Shown here: piece after piece, positions 30,218 to 40,337 of the stretch | How the letters are laid out: every line of letters starts with the position of its first letter | How positions within the stretch are numbered: position 1 is the stretch's first letter | NCBI GenBank assembly: GCA_964392445.1 | Contig: CAYMPD010000002.1 | Coordinates: forward strand, 30,382-94,381 | Direction of reading: 5' to 3' | Source of the DNA: an uncultured archaeon | GTDB lineage: Archaea; Aenigmatarchaeota; Aenigmatarchaeia; CG10238-14 | DNA: 64,000 nt | Notes under the pieces: generated by a model | Told to the model about the DNA's origin: nothing | Seen by the model: only the letters and a program-made list of their open reading frames with translations | Databases searched by the model: none | Made by a program: the position numbers and the translations under genes

Positions 30218-32314
30218 TTATTTTTTCTTAGACTTTTTCTTCTTTCCCCAATCCTCTTTACTCTTGCAATTATGATCAATACACATACTATACGACTTCT
30301 TCCCTCTATTAACCCTAATCATCGGTAAACCACATTCAGAACATTTCTTTTTAAGTACAGTAATACCTCCAGACTGGGGTAAAGGATAACTGCGGTCACA
30401 ATCAGGAAAGTTGTCACACCCTATGAACCTTTTACCTGTTTTTTTAGATCTGATTATTTTCAGATTATTACCACATTTAGGACATTCGCCTATAGTTTTC
30501 TTGTTTCTTTTAAATGAAATATATGCTTTAGAAAGCTCCTCCCCTATTTTATCTTCTTTTTCTTTGAACTCCTTAAGTATACCTATCAATAAGTCCTTCG
30601 CTTCTTGAACAACTTCTCCCCTTTTCTTCTTACCCTCTCTTACCTGCTCCATTTCCTCCTCAAATTTACTGGTTAATTCTTCACTAACAATCTTCGGACA
30701 ATTATTTTCCAGAACTTCGGCCACTTTCTCCCCGAATTCCGTTACTTCCACCTGTTTTCCCTTAATATAACCCCGATCATACAATGTTTGAACAATATTT
30801 GCCCTAGTAGCCTTAGTACCCAATCCTTTTTTCTCCATCTCTTTGATAATTGAACCTTGACTGTAGCGGTTAGGAGGTTGTGTTTCCTTATCCAGCATTA
30901 AAAGTTCCTTCACCGGGAGAACTTTTCCTTTATTTAATTCTGGTAGTATTTGCTCTTTGTATCTGACATATTTTCCATAGAATTCTATCCAACCAGGCTT
31001 GACTGTCCTCTTACCAGAAAGCAAATAATTATGACCATCGACATCTAATACAACCCTCGTGCTCTCTCTGATTGCATCTGGTCCAAACACCGCTAAAAAC
31101 CTCCGAACACATAGGTCATAAAGCCGTCTTTGTTGTCCAGTTAGTTTTCCAGAGAATTCACCAGTGGGGAATATTGCTGGGTGGGCAGGATCTTTCTTTT
31201 TTCCTTCATTGGGTGTTAAACTACCTTGCCCCAATAATTTCTTACAATCCTTTTCATATAGAGAATTCTTTGATAGTTTAGTTAAGATTTTTTTATACCC
31301 GATTTTCTTAGGTAGCTTCTGGCTGCTGGTTCTTGGGTAAGATATAAGTCCCGCGTTATAGAGAGCCTCGGCAATCGACATCGTTTGTTTAGGAGAGAAT
31401 TTGAAGTGAGTGTAAGCAACACTTTGAAGGGAACTTGTGTTAAAAGGAACAGGGGGTCTTTGTTTATACCGTCTTTTGTTGATATCTTTTACCTTGGCAT
31501 CTTGATCCTTACATTCTCCAAAGATTTTCTGGGCCTTAGGTTTCTCCCATATCTTGTCCTCCTTGTAATTAGCAATCAATTCATCCCCATCAGCCAAGCA
31601 ATGTAATTCCAACTGCCAGTAGGGTGTAGGTATAAACTTCTTTATCTCAATTTCTCTTTCTGCGAGCATATGCAAGGTAGGACTTTGAACACGACCAGAT
31701 GATACCAATTTAAACCCGTTCATATTCTTTTTCATGGCTATTGTTAATGCACGGGTAAGATTAATACCCCAGTAGAAGTCGAGGAAATGTCTAGTTAGAC
31801 CAGATTCTAGTATCGGAAAAAGTATATGACTGGACATCTTTTTATAAGATTCCTTCAATTCACTTTTGGTTAACGTGGAGAATTTCATTCTTTTCGCATC
31901 TTTAACTTTACAAATAAAACGGAGAATATTATATAGAAGGACTTCTCCCTCTCTATCCATATCAGTGGCACCCACGAATTCATCGGCATTTTTAGCAAGT
32001 TCTTTAATATTTTTAAAATACTTTTTTGTCCATCTCAAGTCTTTTTTTGTATATGTTGGTATCCAATCACAGGAAAAATTTGGATAGTTCCAGCCATCTC
32101 CATTATTCTTTGTATTTAAGGAGAATAAATGCCCAACGGCAGGCACACAAACATGTTTTTTACCATTTAAGGTAAATTCAAAATAATAAGCTCCACCTCT
32201 TCCGACTTTCTTAGCTTTGCCCTCTGAGAGAGATTTTGCTATCCGCTCGGATGCTTGTGGCTTTTCTGCTATTATCATAATATAACTCATTTCTTTCCTC
32301 TCTTCTTTTCCCAT
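30218..32314 (-). CDS. topA: DNA topoisomerase, type IA (Topo I/III-like) with C-terminal zinc ribbons
   Basis: The N-terminus is a TOPRIM domain (IIAEKPQASERIAK). The active-site Tyr motif is GLISYPRTSS. The C-terminus carries CPKCG…C…C and CSECG…C…C zinc ribbons. Confidence 0.85.
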   Translation of the reverse strand: MGKEERKEMSYIMIIAEKPQASERIAKSLSEGKAKKVGRGGAYYFEFTLNGKKHVCVPAVGHLFSLNTKNNGDGWNYPNFSCDWIPTYTKKDLRWTKKYFKNIKELAKNADEFVGATDMDREGEVLLYNILRFICKVKDAKRMKFSTLTKSELKESYKKMSSHILFPILESGLTRHFLDFYWGINLTRALTIAMKKNMNGFKLVSSGRVQSPTLHMLAEREIEIKKFIPTPYWQLELHCLADGDELIANYKEDKIWEKPKAQKIFGECKDQDAKVKDINKRRYKQRPPVPFNTSSLQSVAYTHFKFSPKQTMSIAEALYNAGLISYPRTSSQKLPKKIGYKKILTKLSKNSLYEKDCKKLLGQGSLTPNEGKKKDPAHPAIFPTGEFSGKLTGQQRRLYDLCVRRFLAVFGPDAIRESTRVVLDVDGHNYLLSGKRTVKPGWIEFYGKYVRYKEQILPELNKGKVLPVKELLMLDKETQPPNRYSQGSIIKEMEKKGLGTKATRANIVQTLYDRGYIKGKQVEVTEFGEKVAEVLENNCPKIVSEELTSKFEEEMEQVREGKKKRGEVVQEAKDLLIGILKEFKEKEDKIGEELSKAYISFKRNKKTIGECPKCGNNLKIIRSKKTGKRFIGCDNFPDCDRSYPLPQSGGITVLKKKCSECGLPMIRVNRGKKSYSMCIDHNCKSKEDWGKKKKSKKK

Positions 32315-32577
32315 TCTTCGAAAAATTCAACTAATTTTTCTGTAACACTATTTTCCACAAGTTCATAAAATTTCATTTTACCTCTAAGTTCAATTTCAAT
32401 AAGTCCCGTTTCTTTCAGATCTTTGCCAGCTTTACTAATACCGGCTGGACTGAAATTAACCTTTTTAGCTAACTCTCTTTCAAATAGGTTTTCCTTCCCT
32501 TCATTTTTTGATTTCCATAACTGATACAGAATCGATATTTTAACTTTAGAACCCAATATTTTCTCTAACTCCATAAC
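32287..32577 (-). CDS. Small winged-helix DNA-binding protein
   Basis: The segment LAKKVNFSPAGISKAGKDLKETGLIEIELRGKMKFYEL is HTH plus wing. The start was trimmed to MELEKIL. The longer track ORF would overlap the divergent gene and encodes low-complexity N-terminal residues. Confidence 0.45.
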   Translation of the reverse strand, partial: VMELEKILGSKVKISILYQLWKSKNEGKENLFERELAKKVNFSPAGISKAGKDLKETGLIEIELRGKMKFYELVENSVTEKLVEFFEEWEKKRGKK

Positions 32578-32658
32578 CAACTTATTTGGAGTGATATATT
32601 TAAATATTAGTTGTATGAAATTTACTTTAGTGTTTTTATTATGATAAAAGTTAACAAA

Positions 32659-32904
32659 ATGATTGAGGATATAGTAACAGAGCAAGGTATATCATTAACT
32701 GAAATAGCAAATTCTATAGGTGTTAGTAATTCTTATTTTTCAGCGATGAAGAAAAATAAATTTAATCCCAGTGAAGTCGTTTTAGAGAAGTTGAAAAAAT
32801 TCCATTATCTTCCCTCTTGTAAAGTGGGGGATTTAAAAAGAAATCAGGAATTCGAGAAGAATAATGGGATTATCGAGGATCATACAGGAATTATGTGTGA
32901 TTGA
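32659..32904 (+). CDS. XRE/Cro-family helix-turn-helix protein
   Basis: The classic XRE HTH is ISLTEIANSIGVSNSYFSAMKKNK. The start was set at the internal Met (MIEDIV). The gene is divergent from 32287..32577. Confidence 0.5.
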   Translation: MIEDIVTEQGISLTEIANSIGVSNSYFSAMKKNKFNPSEVVLEKLKKFHYLPSCKVGDLKRNQEFEKNNGIIEDHTGIMCD

Positions 32905-32915
32905 CCATAATAGAA

Positions 32916-34097
32916 TTAATCTATCAAATGTTCTTCCTTAACCCTGGAAAATAAAGCGGATATTAAAACCACAATACCAATCAAGACAAAAGTGTAATTC
33001 AATGACCAATCAACCAACATCCCCACAATTGGATTAATTATTGCTACTAAAAGTCTTCTTAACATGGATATAGTTGAAAGTATGGTTGCTCTCTCTGACG
33101 AGGGAACATGTTTGTTCATATAACTAGCAAAAAGAGGTCGTCTTGTAAGTCCAAATCCACCCGCCACAAGTATAACTATTATTATCAAAGGTATGAAACT
33201 AGTCAAACCCCCGACTAAGAACAATAACCCAGTTATAAATGAACTCAGGAATAACATCCTTTTCTTTGATTTTACTATCACTTCAAGTTTACCATAAATA
33301 TTCATAATAAAAATCTGACTTAAGACGAGGGAAGCGTGAACAAACCCAAAATATTCTATTGGAACCCCAGATTGCTCAAGTAAAGGCTGGTATAACCATA
33401 TCATCAGATAACCAGCGGTGGCTATTATAATTATATCAAATGCCAATATTTTCAACACTTGATTATCTTTGAAGTACTTTAACCCATCTTTTACTATTCT
33501 GATATACCTATTTGATTCGAGTTTTTTACTCGTTTTTGGTTCTTTAAAAGTTATAGCTAATAATGTGGCCACTGTTAAAGGAACCGACATCAATATTACC
33601 GGAGACCTTAACCCATAAATTCCTGCAACCAAACTCCCTATAGGAGATCCAACCATAATTCCCAACAATTTGAAGGTTTGTACTCGGGCAAAGATTTTCT
33701 TTGATTTCTTCTCTTTACCTATTTTTTTAAGACTATCATAAACAAATGCTTCACCTGCACCCGATGCTAGAGCTAGGGCCATCGCTAGAATAAACTCTCC
33801 TAGCAAAAATACATAGAAATTCGATTGACTAACATAGACCAAAAACCCAACCCCGTTCAAAAAAGCAGCTAAAATTAACGAATGTTTTCTTCCCACATAA
33901 TCCGCAACCGCACCCGTCGGCACTTCTAACAAAAATGTCCAGAACATGAACCAGGACTGTAAGAACATAGTCTGGGTAAAATTTAACCCTCCCCATTCAG
34001 TGAAAAAGGGGATAAGTATCCCCCCAATAAAACTAAGGTTGCACAAGAAGTAAAACAGGTAATATTTCCATATGTTTGACTTATAAGTAAATTCCAT
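32916..34097 (-). CDS. MFS-type transporter
   Basis: 393 aa with about 12 predicted TM helices. An MFS loop motif (G..ADYVGRKHS) lies between TM2 and TM3. Confidence 0.75.
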   Translation of the reverse strand: MEFTYKSNIWKYYLFYFLCNLSFIGGILIPFFTEWGGLNFTQTMFLQSWFMFWTFLLEVPTGAVADYVGRKHSLILAAFLNGVGFLVYVSQSNFYVFLLGEFILAMALALASGAGEAFVYDSLKKIGKEKKSKKIFARVQTFKLLGIMVGSPIGSLVAGIYGLRSPVILMSVPLTVATLLAITFKEPKTSKKLESNRYIRIVKDGLKYFKDNQVLKILAFDIIIIATAGYLMIWLYQPLLEQSGVPIEYFGFVHASLVLSQIFIMNIYGKLEVIVKSKKRMLFLSSFITGLLFLVGGLTSFIPLIIIVILVAGGFGLTRRPLFASYMNKHVPSSERATILSTISMLRRLLVAIINPIVGMLVDWSLNYTFVLIGIVVLISALFSRVKEEHLID

Positions 34098-34144
34098 ATT
34101 TCTTCCTTTTAGAATTCGGATTTCAGATTTATTTAAATTGAACT

Positions 34145-34792
34145 TTACTCAATAATAACAGGCCTATTCAAATATTCTTTCTCAGTTTCTTCTTTTAGAC
34201 TCTTCAGATCTTGATCAAGAGTTTTAATTTTTTTATTAAAATCGTTTACCTTACTTTCAAGCTCTCTTAAGAATTGAGGAGTTTTTGTTACTATTTCCTT
34301 GTTGATTGAGGTTAAATTATCAACAATTGATTTCAGGGAGGATAGTTCTTTTTCGATTTCTCTTGAAGGACCTTTTCTTCGGTCTAAATTACCAAGCCCT
34401 TTTTCCACAATTTCCATTTTATCATTAAATCTTTTAGCAAAAGCATCGATTTCATTTTTTAATCTATTAACATCTTCTATTGAATTCTTTCTGTATTTTT
34501 CTAAATCATGAAGTTTTTCTCCCGTGATTTTCCTATAGTCATTAAAATTCTTATTAGATAATATAAGCGATTTTTCAAGTTCCTCCACCCTTCTTTCCAA
34601 TAAATTAAACCTGTCTCGCATATTGATTGGGTTTTGGTCTTTTCTTTCTTCAATTTCCTTCAATTTACTCTTTCTTTCTTCAATTTCAGTAACTTCAGTT
34701 TTTTTAGGTTTTTTTACGAGATCCATATAAGAAATATCAGAGGGCTTACTTAGGTTAAAGTACTCATCTTCCAGTTCTTCTATTCCACTCAT
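34145..34792 (-). CDS. Coiled-coil protein
   Basis: 215 aa with heptad periodicity and K/E/L-rich composition. No enzymatic motif. Confidence 0.4.
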   Translation of the reverse strand: MSGIEELEDEYFNLSKPSDISYMDLVKKPKKTEVTEIEERKSKLKEIEERKDQNPINMRDRFNLLERRVEELEKSLILSNKNFNDYRKITGEKLHDLEKYRKNSIEDVNRLKNEIDAFAKRFNDKMEIVEKGLGNLDRRKGPSREIEKELSSLKSIVDNLTSINKEIVTKTPQFLRELESKVNDFNKKIKTLDQDLKSLKEETEKEYLNRPVIIE

Positions 34793-34809
34793 TACATCAC
34801 TAATAATTA

Positions 34810-35328
34810 TTATTGTTTACTCCTATTTATCTTATTTACCTTTCTCAACCACAAATACCAAACACCAATTATCGCAAATATCATAATCTGCTGCCAGACA
34901 TAAGTATGAAATATCTCAAACCAACGAACACCAAATTTCAATCCAACTAAAATAACCAACAAAACCCGAAATACATTAAACACCAACAACCCAGGAACCC
35001 AAATTAACAAGAACTTCAATTTCTCCTTCAACCCCCCGGAAGAGGCAAATACCAAAGCAACCAAAGAATAAGTACTCTTCCATCCCAAGCAATCCCTAGA
35101 AATATCAATAGCTAAATTTTTAACATAAATAAAAATACCGTTCACTTCAACAAAATAACCCCAGACTCTTACAATAGAACCAATAAAACTCGCGAACAAT
35201 TCTTGTAAAAAAAAGAAATCAATATCAAAGTAAAGTACAACATAGAACGGAATTAGCAATAGATTAAACTTTACCAAGAACCACATTACCCTTCTCAGAG
35301 TTTCCTTTTTTTGTGTCCATTTACCCAT
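34810..35328 (-). CDS. Archaeosortase/exosortase-family membrane protein (small form)
   Basis: 172 aa with about 4-5 TM helices. A DCLGWKS motif resembles the conserved Cys motif (xCSGxxS) of exosortase/archaeosortase. A conserved Arg/Asn-containing region is present (…NVFRVLLV…). Confidence 0.4.
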   Translation of the reverse strand: MGKWTQKKETLRRVMWFLVKFNLLLIPFYVVLYFDIDFFFLQELFASFIGSIVRVWGYFVEVNGIFIYVKNLAIDISRDCLGWKSTYSLVALVFASSGGLKEKLKFLLIWVPGLLVFNVFRVLLVILVGLKFGVRWFEIFHTYVWQQIMIFAIIGVWYLWLRKVNKINRSKQ

Positions 35329-36443
35329 TGAATAAATCCTGACTTTCTGGCTTTTTTAAGTTTTTGATTGAAATCCTTTTCATTTGTTACTAAAACATCT
35401 TTCTTTTCTTCAATAACCAGGCTTTCTCTCGCCATTATCGGAAAATTAACCCCTTCCAAAACTTCCTTTCCTGGTTTATTCGGGGCTATCAATGCTTTAA
35501 TCAGATAATCATTCATCACTTGGATGTTCGCGAAACTGTCTATTAAAACAACCCTATCATTCAGATCCAACATCTTATCCAGTAATTTTACTTTGTCTGG
35601 TTTAATTCTTTCTAAATCAATTATAGGAACATAACCCTCTTTTTCCAATTTTCTTAAAGACTTTAGTTTTTCTACTGCTATATCTCTTTTCTCCAGTTCT
35701 TGTTCTAATCTATGAACTACCCTGTTCTCCTTTACCGTTTTTTTATCGTGAAACTTTTCGGCTTTCTCTTTCTGTTCTTTGAATTTCTTATCCCCTTTTT
35801 CCAATCTCTTTTTCAGTGTTTTATTATAGTTCCTAAGAATTTCAACATCGTTTTCTAGAATTCCAATTTTTTTCCTTAATTCTTCAACTTTTTTTGTACT
35901 TACATCATTAACTTTAGCCTTCTTTTTTTCAACAAAATCCTCTTTTTTTTGTCTGATATCTTGAAGGACTATATTCACGGCGTCATTGATACTTCGGGAT
36001 TCTTCCTCAATCAAGGATTTCAAGATTTTATCATAGAACTCGCTCAAACCAAGATAAGAAATAGTTTTGTCTGTTTTCTTGAATAATTTCGAGTAATTTC
36101 TATGGGCTTTTAGTGCTGAGGCTAGTGCATCTCTTTGATGATCATCTTCGATTTTGGTAATATAATCCCGGACAAGATTGTACTTTTCCAGATTAGATAA
36201 ATCTTCCCCTGGTTCAAACGTCTTACAACCCAAAGAACTCGCAAGTTTTCCCACGCTTTTTGGAAGTGGGCTTTTATCTCCAGCAATAATAATAGGACTA
36301 CCCTTCTCGGTTATTTTCATCACTAACTCTTTTGTCTTAAAATCCTTCTTACTTTTCAGATAAAGAACATTCTTACCTGTATCCACAATTGCCAGAGCAG
36401 CAGTAGTACCAGGATCATATCCGACTATAATAGGTTTTGTCAT
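35295..36443 (-). CDS. DUF460/COG2433-type RNase H-fold (RuvC/YqgF-like) putative nuclease with coiled-coil
   Basis: The N-terminus reads PIIVGYDPGTTAALAIVD (RNase H-like fold motif I), followed by a long coiled coil. Confidence 0.5.
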   Translation of the reverse strand: MTKPIIVGYDPGTTAALAIVDTGKNVLYLKSKKDFKTKELVMKITEKGSPIIIAGDKSPLPKSVGKLASSLGCKTFEPGEDLSNLEKYNLVRDYITKIEDDHQRDALASALKAHRNYSKLFKKTDKTISYLGLSEFYDKILKSLIEEESRSINDAVNIVLQDIRQKKEDFVEKKKAKVNDVSTKKVEELRKKIGILENDVEILRNYNKTLKKRLEKGDKKFKEQKEKAEKFHDKKTVKENRVVHRLEQELEKRDIAVEKLKSLRKLEKEGYVPIIDLERIKPDKVKLLDKMLDLNDRVVLIDSFANIQVMNDYLIKALIAPNKPGKEVLEGVNFPIMARESLVIEEKKDVLVTNEKDFNQKLKKARKSGFIQWVNGHKKRKL

Positions 36444-38765
36444 TCAATCCTCATATTTTTCATTCAGGATTTTCCTGAGTTTCTTTGACATAACTTTTCC
36501 AATACCGTCTATTTTTTTTAAGTCTCTTTCTGTCGTATTACTGAATTTTCTAATTGTTTTGAACTCTTGCAAGATTCTCTTGGAAAGTTTGCTTGACACC
36601 CCCGGAAACCCTGAAATAATATGCTCTTGTAATTTTTTTATGTCTTTTGGTTTCTTTCTTCCTTTTATAACTACTGGTCTTTTCGAATCTCCCTGTTCTT
36701 TTTTGGCTAACCAGTATATCATTTTGGCACTTTCCTCAGGACAATTAGTGGTTATAACAGAAATACCATAATTAAGTATGAGTGAAGATAAAGCCGCTTT
36801 TACAGAATTCTCATCCATAGTTTCTCTGAAGTAATTTCCTTCTATTATTATAACAGGTTTTTCAAAATTATCTATTAGTTCCTCGGCTTGTTGGAAGATT
36901 CTACCATCGATGATTGAGTTGATGAAATCATCTGCGGTATTATGTACTAAAATTGGTTCTAGCCCTCCTACGAAATTTTCTGCTCCCTTAACTGAAAAAT
37001 CATAAACTTCGTTTTTTTCTTTGATTTTTTCTATATTAGAAACTCTTCTTAAAAAAATATCTCCATCATAAATTTTTTTTAACAAGAAAATTGAGTCAAA
37101 TCCAATCTTCTTCGTAACAGCGTCATGAATATGTTCAACTAAAGTTTCTGATGTGTAGTCTATTTTTTCAAATCTAGTTAGATAAGTTGAGACATTAAGT
37201 TTTCTTAATATTTTTTTTAATTTTCCAAAATCTATATCAATCGGTTTTAAACTTTCTTCAATTCTAATTATATTTACCAATTTTAGAAAAATATTTGAAC
37301 TCTTAGCATAACCATTTGTGATATTCCTTACTGTACTGTAATGTATTCCATATCTTTTTGAAAAACCTTTTTTGGTGGGGTATTTTTTTATTATTTCTTT
37401 CAATTTTTCTATATATATCTTAGAATAACCGTGAAGCAGTCTTAATTTTACTGTTAAATTGTAGAATTCTTCAAGTTCTCTTTCTGACAATCTAAGTAGG
37501 GGTCTATAGAAATTTTCCTTTGAAAAATATGGTATTTTCCTTGAATGACCCTTTTTTCTTCTAATTTCTTTTGTTGGAATTTGACCTATAACCTCTATAA
37601 ATTTATTAATAGATTTTGTTCTGACCGAGACTTCATAGTATTTTCTTCTTTCATTTTTGTATGTCTGGAAACTAATTCTGACACTATTCTCAATTCCTAA
37701 AGAATATAGTAAATAGGAAATTCCAGTAATTAATTTTTTAGATTTGGAACATGCCTTTAATTGAGGATTCTTCCTTTCTACCTCGTTTTTCCAACCATCA
37801 CCGAAGAAATATCCCCGAATAAAAGCAGCTTTTAATTCTTTTGGGGATGTTAAAACAATTGATGGGATACGTTTGTGTTCAGATCCAGTTTTTTTGAATA
37901 TATCTTTAAACAACCTATGATATAATTTCCCCCCAAAACTATAGACCCCATGACTTTTAGAAAAATTTCCAAATACTTTGATTAAATATTCCTCTATTAT
38001 TTTATCTCTTTCTTTATCTTTTTGTGAAATTAACACACTTCCTTTATCTAAACAACCATCAGCAGTCCAAAGCCCTAGAATAAAAAATAAATCCTCGTTG
38101 AATTTAGGAATTTTGTAGTGATATCTCCCAGAATTTAGTTTAAAACTTCTTTCCTTTATTTTATAACCTTTACAAGAATCCGCTTGGGTGTTTTTTATAT
38201 ATTCTTTGAAAGATAAGTACGGTAAAGATTTTTCCATTGGTAATTTTGGTGGAACGAGAATAATACTATCACCAATATTCAATTTAGAACTAGGTATACA
38301 TTCTATTTTTTTATTATTGAATATGTAGACATTATGCCCACCAGTAACTTTTATAGAAATATTTTTTTCATTTTCGTTTTTAATTTTTCTCTTCGGGGAG
38401 AATGAGATTCCATAAAGTAGATCAGACTCGTGGAGAGTCATATCATAAACTTCGAACCAATCAATATTTTCATCGAAAAAATCAATTCCCATCACTCTGA
38501 TTTTAGATCCTTTTTTGAAATTAGAATACGCTTTTTTAATTGAAATTATCTTTATTTTTCCATTAACTTCTACAATAACAGGTGTATCGCTCGCTAGACT
38601 TTTACGTTCTATACAAACCCGGTCACTGCACAAGTAATCTCCAACTTTCAAGTCTAATGTCCTTACACTTCCACCTAGTTCTTCCATCCATTCTTTTATC
38701 TCGTCATCCTCTCTGAAATCCACAAATATTACTACTTGATCTTTTGTTTTTAGAATGTGTTGCAT
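36444..38765 (-). CDS. hef: Hef/XPF-type ERCC4 nuclease plus tandem HhH domain, interrupted by a large intein
   Basis: The N-extein contains GDY…ERK, the ERCC4 active-site motif. The C-extein contains …SIIDGRIFQQ… and two HhH motifs (GFPGVSSKLSKRIL, IDGIGKVMSKKL). An intein of 554 aa lies between them. The start codon overlaps the helicase stop codon (TAATG). Confidence 0.8.
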   Translation of the reverse strand: MQHILKTKDQVVIFVDFREDDEIKEWMEELGGSVRTLDLKVGDYLCSDRVCIERKSLASDTPVIVEVNGKIKIISIKKAYSNFKKGSKIRVMGIDFFDENIDWFEVYDMTLHESDLLYGISFSPKRKIKNENEKNISIKVTGGHNVYIFNNKKIECIPSSKLNIGDSIILVPPKLPMEKSLPYLSFKEYIKNTQADSCKGYKIKERSFKLNSGRYHYKIPKFNEDLFFILGLWTADGCLDKGSVLISQKDKERDKIIEEYLIKVFGNFSKSHGVYSFGGKLYHRLFKDIFKKTGSEHKRIPSIVLTSPKELKAAFIRGYFFGDGWKNEVERKNPQLKACSKSKKLITGISYLLYSLGIENSVRISFQTYKNERRKYYEVSVRTKSINKFIEVIGQIPTKEIRRKKGHSRKIPYFSKENFYRPLLRLSERELEEFYNLTVKLRLLHGYSKIYIEKLKEIIKKYPTKKGFSKRYGIHYSTVRNITNGYAKSSNIFLKLVNIIRIEESLKPIDIDFGKLKKILRKLNVSTYLTRFEKIDYTSETLVEHIHDAVTKKIGFDSIFLLKKIYDGDIFLRRVSNIEKIKEKNEVYDFSVKGAENFVGGLEPILVHNTADDFINSIIDGRIFQQAEELIDNFEKPVIIIEGNYFRETMDENSVKAALSSLILNYGISVITTNCPEESAKMIYWLAKKEQGDSKRPVVIKGRKKPKDIKKLQEHIISGFPGVSSKLSKRILQEFKTIRKFSNTTERDLKKIDGIGKVMSKKLRKILNEKYED
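36939..38600 (-). mobile_element. Intein (~554 aa) with a LAGLIDADG homing-endonuclease domain, inserted immediately after the ERK catalytic motif of the Hef nuclease
   Basis: Block A begins at the Ser directly after ERK: SLASDTPVIV (compare the canonical CLAGDTLI). LAGLIDADG motifs are ILGLWTADGCLDKG and AFIRGYFFGDGW. The terminal residues are …VHN, followed by extein +1 Thr (HN|T). Confidence 0.75.
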
Positions 38766-40306
38766 TAACTCACGAAATCCTTTATTGTTTTTTTAGACTT
38801 ATAGTTATTTCCTTCTTTCAACCCTTTCAATATTCTTTTCATTCTTTTCTCTTTATGATAAGCTGACCAGTAATACCACTCATCCCGAGTATCTTTGGTT
38901 ATAAGAAATACCACTCTTCCCGCCTCAGTCCTTCCAGTTCTACCTCTTCTTTGAATAGTTCTAATCTCGCTAGGTACAGGCTCGTAAAAAATAACCATAT
39001 CTACCGCAGGAATCGATAAACCTTCTTCAGCAACACTTGTGGCTACCAGAACATTAAATATTTCCAATTCAAATTCGTTGATGATTTCAATCTGTTCCTT
39101 TTGCTTTAAACTCTTTCCCCGTTTTTTCGCTTGACCATAAAATTCTTTTGCCTCTATTCCTTCCTTTTCAAGTAATTTCTTTATTTTCCCAACACTATCC
39201 CTATAATTCGCAAACACGATTATTTTGGCGTAATCTTTCTTTTTAACTTCTTCTTTAACAATCTCCAATAATTTTTCTAGTTTCGGATGTTCCTTCCCTT
39301 CCTCATAGAGTTTTTCAGTCTTTTCAATAACGTCTTTAATTCTTTTATGTTTAACAAGCCTTTTTGATGTGGACTTCTTATCCTTTGTTAATTTTGTCAG
39401 ATATCTCCTCAAAGCAGTCACCCCCTGAGTTTCAATCAGTTCAATAGCATGACTAACCTTTATCGCTTGTGCACATGATACCAATGCCTTAACCACCTGA
39501 TAATCCTTGGTTTGGCTATACATTTTACCTAATTCTCTTTGTGTTGCAAGTAAATCCTTTTTCGAAACTTTTGGCGAAGGAATAGCTTTAACTCTTAGAA
39601 GATCATGGATTTTTTGATTGTAGACCTTCTGAAGACTTTCTTTTATTTTTTCGAACTCTTTTGGTAGTTCAACATATAATTTTTCCACCTCAGTATCTTG
39701 AACATAAGGCTCAACATCCCCATCCTTCTCAGTCCTTATCTCAACAGCTTCTATACGTAAATTCTGCTTTACTTCTTCTATTCTATCTTTAATTCCTCCA
39801 GGTGAAGCTGTTAGACCCAATATCAAGGGATCAGGATTAGTTTCAACATAAGCATTCGCAACATCAACATAAGCATAATCACCGACAGCACGGTGAGATT
39901 CATCAAATACAATTAGTGAGAATTCTTTCAGGTCAAGAATCCCGTTTTCCACATCATTCCTTATCAATTGCGGTGTTGCAAAAAATAATCTACCCTTCTG
40001 ATAAAAAACCTTTCTGTCATCCGCGTGTATTTTACCAGTTAAAGCGACGAGTTCCCCATTTTTAACAGCCAAATATTTCTTGAATGTTTTTACATGTTGA
40101 TTAACCAAAGGACGGGTTGGGGCCATCAAAAGTATTTTACTCTTAGGATTTTTTTCAAGCCTATAAGCAGCAACAAGAATTGCAATGTAAGTTTTACCTA
40201 AACCTGTGGGAAGTATACAAATAGTATTTTTCTTAATAGCTGTTTCTGCGATGAGTTCTTGATAGAGTCTTGATTTGAACTCTGGATCTAACAGTTTTAA
40301 TTTCAT
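38765..40306 (-). CDS. hef: Hef helicase domain (SF2 DEAH-like helicase), encoded separately from the nuclease
   Basis: Motif I is LPTGLGKTYIA and motif II is VFDESHRAVG. Motif VI is QRRGRTGR. The stop codon TAA overlaps the ATG of the nuclease ORF by 1 nt. Confidence 0.8.
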   Translation of the reverse strand: MKLKLLDPEFKSRLYQELIAETAIKKNTICILPTGLGKTYIAILVAAYRLEKNPKSKILLMAPTRPLVNQHVKTFKKYLAVKNGELVALTGKIHADDRKVFYQKGRLFFATPQLIRNDVENGILDLKEFSLIVFDESHRAVGDYAYVDVANAYVETNPDPLILGLTASPGGIKDRIEEVKQNLRIEAVEIRTEKDGDVEPYVQDTEVEKLYVELPKEFEKIKESLQKVYNQKIHDLLRVKAIPSPKVSKKDLLATQRELGKMYSQTKDYQVVKALVSCAQAIKVSHAIELIETQGVTALRRYLTKLTKDKKSTSKRLVKHKRIKDVIEKTEKLYEEGKEHPKLEKLLEIVKEEVKKKDYAKIIVFANYRDSVGKIKKLLEKEGIEAKEFYGQAKKRGKSLKQKEQIEIINEFELEIFNVLVATSVAEEGLSIPAVDMVIFYEPVPSEIRTIQRRGRTGRTEAGRVVFLITKDTRDEWYYWSAYHKEKRMKRILKGLKEGNNYKSKKTIKDFVS

Positions 40307-40337
40307 AAGTAGGATTAGGTTTTGATAAATTTAGGTT

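Noticed and set aside
38763-38767. Possibility that the Hef helicase/nuclease split is a sequencing frameshift
   Set aside because: This is not fully rejected. The precise TAATG stop-start overlap is the classic coupled-gene arrangement rather than a random indel, so I report it as a probable genuine split while flagging the caveat.
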